64,000 nucleotides of DNA from Pavona decussata (Eukaryota). Of the stretch, positions 39,100-53,604 are shown piece by piece (within the stretch, counting starts at the first letter, position 1; every line of letters begins with the position of its first letter). The stretch lies in NCBI GenBank assembly GCA_977016875.1, contig CDRNST010000180.1:930001-994000 (forward strand), in the 5' to 3' direction. A program made the position numbers and the translations under genes. The notes under the pieces are model-generated. The model made no database searches. It was given only the letters and a program-made list of their open reading frames with translations, and was not told the DNA's origin.

Positions 39100-42000
39100 A
39101 TGGAGCTTGGGTGTAGCGGTGAAATATCTTGTTCACAAGACCAAGTGAAGTCAGTTGATCAAAGAGTAAAACTGGGTGAAAACCTTGCATGGAAGGATCT
39201 TGCACTGCAGCCGGCAGGGAGTGTTATGAAGGCATCTATTCTTCTTGTTGAGCCCTTTTACGGTGGATCACACAAGCAACTAGTCGATTTAATTGCGAGG
39301 GAAATTTCAGAGTGCTTGTTGTGCTGTTTACCTGCAAAGAAATGGCACTGGAGAATGAGAACAAGTGCACTTTATTTCTCTCAGAAGATTCCATATGGGA
39401 AAAGTTACAGGTACGTTAGTGCCACTAAAATGCAGACCTCCCAAGCTACCAGAGTCTCATCTACATGTACTATATTAGTTGACACTACATCTACTTCGTC
39501 TTTTGTGAACTTGGAGTACAGTATGGATAATTATTTTCTGGAGGTGCACATTGCTAGTTTTGGAGATGATTGAAGACTTTATAAAATAACAATTTTCAGA
39601 GCCTTGTACTTTCAATGTTTTATGTTTCTCAGGGTGTTGTTTGCAAGCTCTGTGTTGAATTTAGCTGAACTAGTGGCCCTGCGTCCAGACCTCGCACAGT
39701 TGAAGAAGATCCTTTACTTCCATGAAAATCAGCTTGTTTATCCTGTAAGAAAACAACAAGACAGAGACTTCCAGTATGGCTACAACCAGATTTTATCATG
39801 GTAAGGTTCAGGTTCATGGAGGTAAACTCCTTGTTTAGTCCAGTAACTGGAACAACTGTCACATGTATATAGTTTAGTGACAACTTTACGTCTTTTGTAA
39901 CATTAACAATATTATTTATATTACCAGGATCAATCATTCTCCACATTTCTTGCAGTTTGGTGGCTGATGTTGTGGTTTTCAACTCTCACTTCAACATGGA
40001 GTCATTCTTGTCATCAATCAACAGTTTTCTAAAGTTAATGCCTGATTATCGGCCAAAGGGACTGGATCAGATAATCAGGCCAAAGTGTACGGTGATATAC
40101 TTTCCTTTGATGGCAACTGATCAAATGCCAGAGTATCCATGTGGGAAAGATGTACATGTACATGCACAGGACCATCAAAGACCAGATGAGGAGTTTAAAT
40201 GGGAACCATTTTCAAATGATAATTGTAGTGAAAAGGTTTGTTATGGCATCACACTTGCAACAGGTATTCTTTGATTACACACACTTTGGAAATGCATTTA
40301 CTAGGACAAAATTCACAGGTTTCATTAAGTGCCAGCACCAGGCAAATTGAACTTCAGTGAGCACGACTTTGCTTAACAATCTTTAAACCAACTTTTTCCC
40401 AGACATGACAAATCCAAGGTAACTAACTTAACCGGGTGCACTAATTACTTGTGAACCATCCATTGCATGATGGAAAAGAGTCATGCATTGTTAGTCTATT
40501 ATTTTTGTGAACTGGACAGCACACTCTCACCAAAAACACTGAAGAACCCTTCCTTGCTTTCAACCACTCCACCCTCCAACCACTCCCCATTTACCCTTAG
40601 GGTATTGCACATATTGATGACAAGTGCCAGTATAGCCTCATTTTATTATACAGTACTGGCAATAATAATTATTATTTTATTCTCGTATGTTAGCAGACTT
40701 CACCAGATGACAAAACATCATGTAGAAGATCAGAGTCAGAATTTGCAAGTCCTCTGCATATTGTATGGGCTCATAGATGGTAAGTAACCTGCAATTATAT
40801 TCCAGCTCTTGTTTCACCGTTTTGCGCAAATTTTATGTGTATATTTTTGACACCTGATCAATGGAACCGATTCATTAAATGAAAATCAACCTGATTTAGA
40901 AAAATGTTTATTTTTTTTTTTCTGTGACTGGCCAGCACTCTCAAAATAACAACCACATCAATCAAAATTCATAATTAAAATCCAGCATATAAAAAAAAGG
41001 ACATTAAATTTTATTCAATTTAAGGAAATTAAAATTAATTTTATTTCATAATCAAAATCCAGTATCTAAATATACATATGATTGTGCCCTGATCATATTA
41101 AGCTGAAAAATTTTAGCATGTAAACTGGCCTTTATAGAAATAGCATCACAAGGAAAGGAGCCAATCAGAGACTAAAGGAAGTCTTACATTAAGTTCCCAA
41201 GAGTTCTTCACTCTTAACAATGTGACATAAATTTATTCACTGCTGTTACTTTGTTAATTACCAGGGAGCATGACAAGGGCCCTGAATTGTTCTTCCACAC
41301 ACTTTATCAGCTGGCTGATCAAGGATTGCAATTCAAGATGTCGGTCATTGGAGAGACTTTCTCTGAAGTCCCAGGTATGAATGGAGCCGTAAACTCTCAA
41401 ACAGAGAACTCCACTAATACATGCAATCATGTATTATTTTAGTAAAACCAGTTCAATATAGTTTTTGTAATTAGCCCTCTGGCAAGTTTGAAGATTAATA
41501 ACTAGCCTGCATAACAGGCGCTTATTGAGCCGAGCAGGAAGAGAGAGACATTAAGCACGACTGGCGAGCGCAGAGCACAAGATGAGGGGGAGGTTAGTTT
41601 TCTCTCCCCCCTTGTCTTGCGCTCTGCGCTCGCGAGTCGCGCTTCGCACTTAATGTCTCTCTCTTCCTGCTTGACTCAATAAGAAAAATGGTTATTTTTT
41701 TCTCCCCCTCGTCTCGGCTAATTAATAACTGGGAAAGTGCATGATACTTATACCATGGGTATGCATTGTGCACAACAAAATAATATACAACACAAGTGTA
41801 GGACTAATAATATTAGTTGTACGCTTGTGAAGAAGTTCCACTGAAATTGAAGAGCTTGCTGCTAGTGGAAACTCATCTCAATGCCATGCTTTTTTCATTA
41901 TGGACAAATTCATCGAATAAACAATAAAAGATGCTACAGCTGTATAATTTAAATTTAATAGAAAAGAGGGTAAGTTCTGAAGAAACTGTGGTGCTGTGTC

Positions 42001-44421
42001 AGTGGAAAAGTCGAAACAAATGGTTGGTTTTACCAGCAGAGTTTATAAGGTTAATTAGCCACCATTAAGGGATTCAAGTGCTGATGGTTGAAGCATTATC
42101 CCCTCTTCTTTATGGGGGCCAAATTACCTTAGTTATCAACTCTGCTGCAGATCAAGTAAAAAGCAAACATTTAAATTCAATCTCTAACTTTAACTAGATG
42201 TTTTTGAAGAAGCCTTTGCACGAATCAGTGATCACATTCTTCACTGGGGTTACCAGGAAACACGGCAGGATTACATTGAGGTGCTCAAGACGGCTGATGT
42301 GGCTGTGTCTACTGCTGAACATGAGTTCTTTGGCGTCTCAATGTAAGTTTGAAATTTGTTGAAATTTGATTAAGTCCACATTTGATGTATATGGGTTCCA
42401 TGAAAGTTCCTTGCTGGAAAAATGAGGGTGCCATATGGTTACACTTTGAATTTAAATGGTGACACAAATGCAATTTCATCCCTGGACTCAAAAGTTGGAA
42501 CCATGCACCTTGTGTGTGTGTGTGTTTTGTTATGGCTTATATATACATGTAATAGACAGTGCCACAGGAAAGTACTTCTCACACACCGCTGGGACCCATG
42601 TCAAGCCGACCACCGCAACAAAAAGTGAAAAATCACCCTTCTCAGTAGCTTTCATTTGAATGGTCACACTTAGGATTTCAACCAGAGACTCAAAAGTTAG
42701 AACCACCTTGTACATGTACAGCATAATAAACAACACCACAGGAAAGTGCTACTCAGTAGCTTTCATTTGAATGGTCACACTTTAGGATAATTTTCACCTT
42801 GAGACTCTAAAGTTAGAACCACCTTGTAAAGCATAAAAGACAGTACCTAAATAATTTATGTTTTTATTTTTCTTTAGTTGAGCATTTTCAACATGAGCCC
42901 CTGGCTCGGGAGACTGGGCGACCACTTCCCACGTTTCGACAAAAAATAAAGACTTATATACTTGTACTCATACTAGTACCACGGAAAGTATTGCTCAGTA
43001 GCTTTCATTTGAATGATCACATGTAAGGATTTTATCCACAGACTATTTTAATATTTAAATTGCAAACAACGAAAACACCACAGGAAAGTTTTACTCGGTT
43101 GCTTTCACTTGAATGGTCAGTCACCCACAGGCTCGAGTCAAAATAATAAAACCACAATAAAAAGCCCACATCATAGTACACTGTACTGCTCAAATAAATA
43201 GCTTTTGAGTGTTGAGAAGTAACATTTTAGGATTTCTTGTACAGTAGTTACACCTGGTACATCTGATTGTTTTATAATACATTTCGCAACCTATATTCAG
43301 GTGCAAGGTGAATAACCTCCCCATAAGATTTCATCTGTAGTCTCAAACATTTATGATCACGTTACAAGATTTAAGTAAGGTTTATCTCTGGGTGGGAAAG
43401 GTTTATGGACGTTGTACAGTATGTTGTTTGCTAAACTGTTATATCGTGATTTATATATCCCAGGCTGGAGGCAGTGCAATATGGCTGTTATCCACTCTGT
43501 CCAAATAAGCTTGTTTACCCTGAGATATTTCCTGGTAAGTTGGTAACTATTATTTTGAAATAATGTGCCAGTCCTTTCCGGCAGTGCCCATCCCAGTCTC
43601 AAATACTTTTGTATAAAGGCTAACCACAAGCTATCTCAGCTATATTTGGCTAAATGGAGTGTTATGTAGGCTCACCGGAGAGCTATTTAGGCTAACTGGA
43701 GAGCTATTTAGGCTAACCTTAAGCTACCTATTAAGCTAAATTAGGCTAAATTAGTGTAATTTTGTTAGTTACCAGTCTGCCACGATAAGTATCTGTCATC
43801 TTGAATTGGGCACAAAAAAAAATTGCCCGGGGAGGTGAGGGTGCAACTCTTACATGTAGCTTAGCTTCGTGTGCTTTGCTTTATTTTTTTATTTTTTTTT
43901 TCTCGCAATTATCAGCTAAGAAAAGGCTCGAAGCTTCGTTATTAATTCTAACCTCTGTCTGAGTTTATTAAGTAAACAGCAGGTCATCGTGTATGACTGT
44001 ACGTTTTTATTGCCACTTAATTGCAATAAATGTCTCGTCTTGCTGTTGTATACAAAGAATACCTTAAGGTATCTCTTTTTCTTGCTTTTCTAGCAGAATA
44101 TTTGTACTCAACACCGCAGCAGTTGGCCAAGAAGCTGAGATATTTTTGTAGAAATCCTCGACATGTGAGGACGCGCAAAGCATCAGTAAGTAAATAACAT
44201 GATCATATAGCAAAGATTGACGAGGATTTGGATCACATATCTTTGTCCAGCACATTGTACGTTAAACTTGATTTATCACAACACTCTAGGATTATAGTAT
44301 TTCTCAAATTAGTTTATTTTTATTTTTCCAGGTCGACTGGAGAAAGTTTTGTTGGGACAAACTTAAGGATCAATTTTATGAACTTTTTTCACCACTTGAA
44401 ACAGAACTACACCTACCCTAA
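39100..44421 (+). CDS. GTDC1: Glycosyltransferase-like domain-containing protein 1 (queuosine-tRNA mannosyltransferase, QTMAN). Exons 39100-39410, 39633-39800, 39956-40235, 40697-40779, 41265-41374, 42198-42342, 43464-43534, 44094-44185, 44332-44421
   Basis: [85 protein letters not shown] motifs; splice phases consistent. Start ATG (39100 vs 39226) uncertain. Confidence 0.93.
41503..41720. mobile_element. TAGCC...GGCTA hairpin element with 9-bp TSD
   Basis: TSD ATTAATAAC (41494-41502, 41721-41729); long internal inverted repeat ~41522-41682. Confidence 0.85.
42440..43230. repeat. Degenerate ~100-bp satellite-like tandem repeat
   Basis: Recurrent CTCAGTAGCTTTCATTTGAATGGTCACACT..AGGATTT..GACTCAAAAGTTAGAACCACCTTGTA..CACCACAGGAAAG. 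Confidence 0.85.
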
Positions 44422-44977
44422 AGCTTCACCATCAGGGTCGAGTGTTTCCTCGGTATGTCTTCGTAAAACACCCGAAGAGTTTCCGATTCTAATTTGCCAA
44501 TCAGGGATGCGATGAGCACTGCAGCCTGCCGATAATTGTCCCAGGTATTCAGCATTTAGGCAACCGGCCCCAGGTGCTTTCTTTGAAGAAACTCAAGTGT
44601 GTTAATCAGTTTTGGAACAGGAGATTGTTCGTTAACTTGTGGACTGCAAAACTACTCAGTATGACACGTCTTCTTAATTTTTAATTTTTTTTTTTTTCGA
44701 TTTGACGTTTTCGGACACGGGGACGATACATTAACACACGTTACTACAAACATAAATGAAGGCACGCTTTAAAACAAACTCTGTTGTCAAACATAAACGA
44801 ATCGAAACTTTTTCGTGTTCATTTGACGGAGCTTAAGTCACTGAAACCAAATTGTGCATCCGTCGGTGTCCGCATGATAGCAAATGCTTTGTCCAGTTTA
44901 GTCATGCGTCTTAACTCCGCCATCCGCGCCCTACATACATGGGATCTCACTGGAACTGAGCCAGATATCCTTTTTTA

Positions 44978-47900
44978 TCAACTTGGAGCACCTCTGATTT
45001 TCTCGTAAGCGTAGGCGACATTAAGAACCGTGGCTTCGTCAAATTTCCTTCCCACAATCATCATACCAACTGGTAAGCCCTCACTGAAGCCTGCATTGAT
45101 CGACACCGCTGGGTGACCTGTCACGTTGAAAGGCGAACAGTTCTCGGCGTTTTCAAAAGCTCTGTCCATGTATTCTGCAGACAGAGGCGAATGTTTAAGA
45201 TATAAGAAATATCAGACAGGTAGCTTGTTCTATTCTCAAACAGGCTTAATATTATGAAATTAATACGTCTTCACCAGGCAAAATAGTGCTTTACGCTATT
45301 TTGCTGGTCACGTTTTCACACGCAAACTTGTTTTTGCTTACTTGTGCATAAGGTGTTGACTTTGTACTTGATTGATGCAAAATAAATAACTTTATCAATG
45401 AATAAACTGGTAACAATGGGATTAAACGTATCGTGAAATTTTAGACACCTTACTAGGATTTATCTGAAGGCTACTTAAAGAAATTAGATTCAGCTAACTT
45501 TTGGCCGACTTCAGAGTCCTTTCTTGCGCCTTCGTTGGTTCCCAGTATTTTTAAGCTCACTCCTAATCCCTGAATTGAACCAAAGTTAATAGATTTTAAT
45601 CGATTTAAAATCAGTTTGTTGACGAAGGCTGAATGAGCTCTTGTAAGGTTGATTTATTAGCCCCAAAAAAGTGGGGATCTATTGGACAAACCTACTAGCA
45701 CTGACTGAAAGGTTATGGGTTAACCAACCAAATTCACGATTGCAGGGTATTTCTACTGCATTTTGTAAATAAGGTAAAACCTTACCCTCCAGGGGAAGAT
45801 TCTCTTGTGGAAAGACTGGTGGCTTCTTGGGAATGGTCGGTAGAATCAACACGTCATACTTCTCGAGTGCTTCATCATAAGCCTTGCAAAGTACTCGACC
45901 TAGATTTTGCGCCTTTCCGTAGAAAATGCTGTTGTAATCTTCGTGCAAATACTTTGCAATTAGCCGGATGAATTTGCAGGTTTTTGACAAATCGTTTGAG
46001 TGGCATTTCAGGCCTCGCGAGACAGCTTCTTGGAGAGTTGTGTCGTAGTACATCTCCGCAGAAGAACCGAAACCTGACAGGGTAAATAAGTGAAAATCAG
46101 TGGACCAGAATTAAACAAAACGGAAACAATCGAATCGCAAATTGAAGTCGTTTTCTAATCACAGCTGGTCCATCCACACACACATACACAAACACACTCA
46201 AAAATAATCTTAAAGGAACTGTATAGATTTAACGCTAAGCTGTTAGCATATTAATTTTTTTAATGAAATTGCAGTAAAACACCAGTAAACGGTTGGCAAA
46301 TGATCGTTTTCAAAAAAAATATATTTAAATTGAAATGTCAACCGTTTCTGCCGTGGGAACGCAGCCTACCGCGCTAAAATTGTATAAGCTATGTTAATAC
46401 GAAACTTTTGAATACAGGGGGCCACACAACGCACAAATAAACTTCTGAATACGTTTCGTTGCTGGATCTCTTTTAGTAGAAATGCACGTTCCAGACGTCA
46501 CCTCAGTTACGTGTAAATAAACCAAACGGATTGCAGGGCTGACACTACGGCAGGGGTAATTTATTTGGAACAATATTTCAACTAGTACAACTAGTGGATT
46601 ATCGCAAATGTTCTAAAATCCTCTAAAATAAAAGTAAACCGTTGTATAGCAAAACTATTAGCATCATAGACAATGTTTATTGTTACTATGGCAACAGTTT
46701 CTCACCGGCCCCTTCCAGCATCATTCGATCGCCTCCAATTTGTACAATGGCGCCAAAGATTCCAAAACCTTGCATGAAAAGGAAAATAAAAGCACACATC
46801 TTGGTTTAACAATTTTCCTAGAAATACAAAATTTTCCCACATTTGTCGTGAGAAACATTCCGGATCCTGCCACATCGTCATCTGACGTGTCAGAATGCGG
46901 CATTGTTACCAAGCAACCGCAAAACCTTGGCTTTGTGAGAGAAAATAAGTCGGCCACTGAATTACTGAAACAATATTAAAGCATGGGAATGGTGTAGTAT
47001 TCAGTGAGTGACCCAGGCAAACTCGGAAAAAGGACATCGGAGTGCTCCTATCAGCAGTGGAACCTAAGACCTTCAGTGAACTTGAATTCTTCGTACGTGA
47101 TCACCATGGAAACAGATAAAAAGTCGCTCACTGGAGATGTTAAAAGAGATTCTTAATCGAGCCGTTACGACTCTGATAAATATCATAATTGATTTAATCT
47201 CGGTTTCATCAAAGTTGCCCTGTTGTAACTGGAGCTTTCACCCAGAGAGAAGTAACTGTATTAGCACAGTACTGATGCAATACTGTAAAAGATCATTTAC
47301 CATCTGAATGCATTGGGATTGAGACTTCCTCGACGACTGCGCCGCACTCGCTGCCCAGCAGTCCAGCGGCTTCCTTCACCATCTTGTCGACATCAGGTTC
47401 AGAGCTCTCCAATCCAAACCCTTCTTTCAAGATTCCTATCTTCACGTTTTCTATATTTCCTGTAAGCTGATTTAAAAACATATTTTAAACAGGTTTCAAT
47501 TGCCCTTTCAATGGGCCAATATACTTTTGTCGTTCTCATATCCGTGGTCAGTTTAAGCGCGAATAACTTTAAAAAGCGAGTAAATTTCTATCAGTAAAAC
47601 GCTAATTAGACAAAATTAATCTACATTAATTCCACTAGTTATCCTGTCTATGAAAAGCCAGGGCTAAAATAAGGTTGATTAGTAATTCCTAATAGTACAC
47701 GAGCAAGCGTAGATTAATCTAACGTTAGTAAAAACGTTGAACTAACCAGTATCAAAAGTACATATCTGATGGGATCCCATGAAATAATCCTACGTTCCCA
47801 AGATACGTGGTATCAAGTTCTGGCATTAATAATTCTAGTTACAATTTTGTACAAGACCGCGCGCGCCCATTCAACATGCTCCGAAGAAAGAAACGAGACT

Positions 47901-50900
47901 ACAAAATAGGGCCTATACGTAGCATGCTTCGAGGTCGTTTTCTTTCCCAGTCTTCGCGAAAAGCGAAGGAAAGCTTCCGAAAAGAAAGATTTTCCCCTTT
48001 TCTAGCTTTGTACATTCACGAGTCTCCCAAGTTCTCGGAAAAGAAACAACTGCTACGCAAATCAGGCCCATCCCTACAAAGAGTAAGTTTGTACAAGAAC
48101 TGAAGACAAGAGATACGCACCAAGGCTGTGTATTCTGGAACTTTGAGGTCACGTGGCTGCCTTGGATCCAGTCCTCCATCATATCCTGCCATAACCTACC
48201 AGAACATTGAAAAAGCATATTGCCAATATTTCGTCTCACATTGTAGAAAAATTAGGATTATAAATAGCTATTACTGGAACATTGCAAAATTGGGCGGCAA
48301 CTTGTGTAAACGGCCATGATAATCGAGACTTCCTTTCCCAACCACTCCCTCAATGAAAACACTTGATATCATCTACTTATCAAAAGATCTCGCAAGCTTT
48401 TATTTCGTGGAGTACTAAGCGGGCCGCACCAAATCAAATCCTATGATATTTAAGATCGTACAATTATTAAGTAGCACGTTTGTCTTTTTTTAGCGTTCAC
48501 TCTATTTACACAAAAACGTCAGGTATTACTTCTGGTCTAACATTTTACCTCCAGCATCAAAGCTGTATCATAAACTGTTCTGGCCATAGGTCCCGTATGA
48601 TCCAGAGTGAACTCTATGGGCATAATGCCCGTACATGGGACAAGTCCGTACGTGGGTTTCAATCCCACAATACCACATGCGGCTGAAGGGCCCCTTATGG
48701 AGCCTCCTTGATCCCCGCCAGTTGCCATGTCAACATGTCCTCCACCCACCTTAGAAATAGAAAAAGTAATGTGGAAAATATTTGCAAATAACGGAAAAAA
48801 GCAGAAAAAAAAGAGAATGCATTACTTCATTTAAAAGAGAGAAAACTCATTTTGTTTATGAAAACGTCCAAGCCCTTCAGATGTATGTGAATATCCATGC
48901 ATTTGCCTTTGATTATCAGAAATCACACTTAAATACCCTTGGAAGAGGCCAAAAACCTATGTATCTGGAAAGGTTTTGTTTTGAGAGCTGTCATTAGACA
49001 GTCAACAACAGGCTTTCTTTCGACTTATCGTTGAAATATCTTCTCACCAAAGCGGCAGATCCCGAAGAAGATCCTCCAGCCATCCTTGTTTTATTGTGTG
49101 GATTCACCACAGGACCCGTAGCAGCAGTAAAGCTTCCTCCGCTGATGCACAAATTCTCACAGACAGCTTTGCCTACTATGTGCCCACCAGCGTCCAATAT
49201 CCGGGACACTACTGTGGCGTCAACATCCGGGACAAACCCCTCCAGGATGAGGGAGCCATTCATCATGGGTACTCCTGCTACACATGTGTTATCTTTGATG
49301 GCCACTGTTTTACCCTGAAGTTTACCACTTGATGCTCCTTTGATATCACACCGCCAGTACCTGTTTAAACAAGTTATTAGCCTGCTTTCAATAGAACGTT
49401 GAAGCAACAGAGATGTAAAACTAAAACCAGCAGTAACTTGCTAGCGCGCTCTCTCCCGCGCTTGGTATCGCTTGCATGTATATGGCTGAAGTTACGATAT
49501 TGTTTATGTCCGTTGGCATTGGTCAGAATGACTCCTTTAGTTCGGTTGATGACAATGTTAGAGTCAGTCAATCTGGAGAAAATGCAAGGGAGGAACTGAT
49601 TCACAGTGTATCGAAGGTGTTTGCGGTGATTCTTTTGGACATTTTTTATAATCTTGTCCAAAATAAATTTCAAAGGAGAAAGATTGAGTGAAAAGCAGCT
49701 CTGGATACGATTAATTTCCATAGCGCTAGAAACGAGTGCGTGGAAGGCTAACGTAGGCTATATTTGAGTACACTGAACAATTCTTTCCCACAATGTCTAC
49801 TCATTTGGTCGTGAAAACGTTCGTTCTTGTTGAACTAGCTGAAGAATTTTAGCAACACTTCCTATCAGAAGCAAGTCTTGTTTCCTCAATAAACATCTTA
49901 AAATGAAATTAATATATGTATTTCTGGAGCCAAGTCTCCTTGATTTTTATCTCGAAATTAATTCCTATTATCTAAGTTTAGTTATCTGTTTGATTGACGT
50001 GTGTCTCTCACCAAGCATTGCAAGGGTTTTCTTCAGGCGTCGGCCTGTAACCCGGTGTGCGGGGATATTTCACCGGTAGCTTGGGGTCTGGTAGCTCGTA
50101 CAGCCGCTGGTAGGTATCACCCAGGGTCTTGGCGATAGCCTCTGTTGAATACAAATGAATCTGTTTAAGTTTTCACGGAAACTTTCATTTCATAATAAAA
50201 AGTCTCTTCCATTATTCAGTTTATAGAACATAAATCCAACCTCTGTAGGCCGTCAGTTCACTTTCTTCCATCTCTAGTCCCAGGCCACGCGCAATTTCAG
50301 ATAGACGCTGAAGGCTTGGTACCCGGACAGCAGGCTCTTTGTAGAGCTTCTCTGTGAGGGGGTAGGGAGAGAGGAAGATGGAATGATATTTCTGATCAAA
50401 AAAGACGATCAAATGTACAGCAAATAAAGATACGTTTTGCCATACATACTGAATAAGAATACCCCTAGAAAAAAAGAATATGTATTTTTTGTTTCTCAAC
50501 AGGTTTTTTTTTCCAGCAGGCGGTTACAAATTATCGAAGACCATTACTGTTGTAGAGGCTATTATTGTGTACTGCACACAGGTTATTTGTCGAAATCATA
50601 TTATTTGAACGATAGGAAATAGAAGAGCCACGCGCATTTCAGTGACCATGATATCCATGGGAATAAATTTACATGATTTTGTCAGTACAGCGTGTATAAA
50701 CAAAGGCCATGCATAAATTCATTGAAAGCCCATCACAAGTAATCACCCATGTTACATGGCTGAGTACTATATCACATTAAACATTACATTTTCTAAAACC
50801 TCTTTTCACGAGAACCACTGATACTGCGATTGATGTAAAGAAGACTAACAAACGGCCCTAAATAGCGTGCATATTCAACACGATCGAATGTGCTATTGAG

Positions 50901-51215
50901 GCTGTAGGACTCTTTCTGCTGATGGCCACAAAGTTTGGCCGTTTTGCGATAATCGACAGAATCGACGATAAGTTTCAAAAGTAAAATTTGCTGAGACATC
51001 GGGGTCATCCAAGATAATCTTTGATATTTTTCTAGCTCTGTCAGCGGGAAGCTGAAGAACCAAAACGAAATCGAATTCTCGTAAAGTTCGTCTGGTTCAT
51101 TTTTATAAATCGACTTCACCATCTTTTCGAAACCTAAGTCTGACTTTAACTCGCTTCGAATTTACATTTTGCTGTACGGTAGCAATTACTTACTTTGTTC
51201 GGTGCTTTCAGCCAT
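44978..51215 (-). CDS. Amidase-signature family amidase, intact copy A. Exons 51215-51194, 50351-50241, 50141-50012, 49360-49048, 48749-48549, 48195-48121, 47466-47301, 46768-46706, 46073-45786, 45174-44978
   Basis: Catalytic Lys in [70 protein letters not shown]; continuous frame across GT-AG introns. Confidence 0.92.
46513..46595 (-). mobile_element. Truncated 3' end of the Penelope-like repeat
   Basis: Reverse complement TAGTTGTACTAGTTGAAATATTG..AAATAAA..GTCAGCCCT..GTTTGG matches 23355-23436 but lacks the CTGAAGA box. Confidence 0.7.
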
Positions 51216-52291
51216 AATGATCACGGCAGTCCGTCGAATAAAACTGGAGGAATAGAACGAACAGGGTCACCTGTTAGAGTCACGCGATAGTCCACGCTCT
51301 CCATAGGTGGAATATAGGGTTGTCACACAACTTGATTGCGTCTGTGCGTTATACAATTGCATCAAGCGTCGACTTCTGCCCTAGTATGGCTAAAAGCAAC
51401 ACACAAGGTACGTGATTTCAAGCTTACATCAAATTCCTGAGACAAAATTATTTCTGATAAGGCTGAGTTACATTCAATCACCGAATTTTTCGTGAAAACC
51501 CGATCGCTTTTGTGCTTTGCTGTACTCGAGGAGAACATGCGCCTAAGTTGTTGTTGTTGTTGGTGTTTTTTTTTTTGTGGCTCCATCGGTGGGAGCCAAT
51601 TGGAAAACTGGATGTCTGCTCGCAGTCCTGATGGACCACTTGTGGGTTTGAAAATCGTTTTCTTTAAAATCAATGTAAAATTGGAATCACGGTAGATGAT
51701 TTCCATTTGTGTGGACTGATTAACTGATTAAATATGCGTGACCCGAGGTAAATGTTGGGGGCTACACTTTGTAAATCCAGACTCGCAACCCATGCAGCAA
51801 GTCGCAAGCAAAGTATATGTGGCGTTAATGAAGCAGAGTCTCCCGTGGTGGCTTCCAAGTAGACGTGTTCAGTGTTCAGTTAAGCGTTCAGTGGTCGGAA
51901 TGGGATGTAAATTTGCATCGTATTTTGGAAACGCATCAATGACTGTTTGTATACATTAAAATGCAGTCGAACCTCCCCGTGCGACCACCTGAGACCATCC
52001 CCCGTTAACCTGGTAAACGATCACCTCAGCGACCACTTTTCCAAAATGCCAACATTTTCTCAGTCAATTCACTTTAGTTGGCACCTCTCGTAAGTTACCG
52101 CGACTACTTTTTGGGCTGATGGTTGGAAATTTTCTATTGTTTGTAAACCAGTTGCAATACACCTAATCCCATCATTATGCCTAACCTGTGAACAGGCTGC
52201 GAAGTGGGGTATAGGGCGAACAGGTCGGTCGACGTTTTCTGCCTGTACTGGAACCACAAATCTTCTCTCTCCCGTCTACGACCGTCTACAG

Positions 52292-52754
52292 AAAAGCTGT
52301 ACAAAGAAAAACAAAAATCATTAAATAACAAGGACTGGAACCAGGTTTGTGAGCCCGCGAGAATGGGCACCCCCACCAAACCCGTGTTTTCGCGAAAACC
52401 ACTGGGCTCCGAAACTTGGTTCCAGTCCTTGTTCAGTCTAAGGTCTTCCTATACAAAGAGCCTGCAGTCCGGGTACCAAGCGTTCAGCGCCTATCTGAAA
52501 TGCGCATGGCCTAGGACTAGAGATGGAAGAAACTGAAGTGACAGCCTACCGCGGTTGGATTTGTGTTTTGATAAATTGAAGAAGCATTTTTAAGAGTTCT
52601 ATTAAAATTACTTTATTTTACACTGTAATTGAACGTTGTATTCAACAGAGGCTATCGCCAAGACCCTGGGCGATACCTGCCAGCAGCTGTACGAGTTACC
52701 AGACCCCACTGAAGCTACTGGTGAAATATCTGAAGAAAACCCTTGCAATTCCTG
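52292..52754 (+). pseudogene. Amidase exons 2-3 remnant on the plus strand (52292-52553, 52649-52754)
   Basis: Homologous to copy A exons 2 and 3; MITE inserted in exon 2, a 1-nt deletion, and a small insertion plus an internal deletion in exon 3. Confidence 0.85.
52307..52448. mobile_element. MITE (same family as 406-554) inserted in amidase exon 2
   Basis: TSD CTGTACAAAG / CTATACAAAG (10 bp, 1 mismatch) derived from exon sequence. Confidence 0.8.
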
Positions 52755-53502
52755 GTGAGACACATGTCAATTAAACAGATAAGTAAACTTGAGCAAGGCA
52801 GTAGGTGTTTAGTAAGTGTCGCTGAATTTGCCTGTTGCCGGTTTGAGCAAACAGTTAGCACATTGTAGAAGGACTCCAACAGTAGTTCCTGTTCCTCACT
52901 ATTATCAGCACTAAGAGTTTTGGCTTGGATCTTGTATCTGAAGCAATCCAGATGATTGAAACGATCGTACATTATGTTACCAGGCGAGCTGAGCTTCCAT
53001 GACCTTCCATGGTTGCCCCATTATCTTCTTTTATCAAATTTGCTTTTATTGATATTGTATTCTTAAATTGTTGTACATTGTAAGAGCATTGAGATTTTAA
53101 AATTGGTAACAAAGGGGCTACTCCTTACCGCAAAAGGCAACAAATTCCAAAGTTTTTCCGATCTCCTACTGATTAATGTGATTAGTACTATATATATGGC
53201 GTCATTATAATGTCCTTTGTATGCTTTTGATAGACAACCTACTCATGAATCTGACTGTCCTGCTGTTTAGTATGTCAGCAGTTGTCTCTGATCTTCTCAT
53301 AAGCGTAGGCGACATTAAGAACCGAGGCTTCATCAAATTTCCTTCCCACAATCATCATACCAACTGGTAAGCCCTCACTGAAGCCTGCATTGATCGACAC
53401 CGCTGGGTGACCTGACACGTTGAACGGACGTGTGTTTGGGCTACTTACAGATGCCTTTGCCAGATACTCTGCAAGAAAACCGTTTAATTTTCAAATAAAA
53501 TA

Positions 53503-53604
53503 CAGTCGAGTCTCCCGTAAGCGGACACCCTTGGGACCAGAAGAAGTGTCCGCTTAAGAGAGGTGTCCGCCTACGGGAGGTGTCCGTAAGCGGAGGTTCG
53601 AAGT
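53503..53604. mobile_element. Tigger/pogo-like MITE
   Basis: TA|CAGTCGAGTCTCCCGTAAGCGGACAC...GTGTCCGTAAGCGGAGGTTCGA; related sequence near 51964. Confidence 0.6.

Noticed and set aside
38771-39205. 144-aa minus-strand ORF across the promoter
   Set aside because: Antisense to the GTDC1 start and promoter, with no recognisable domain.
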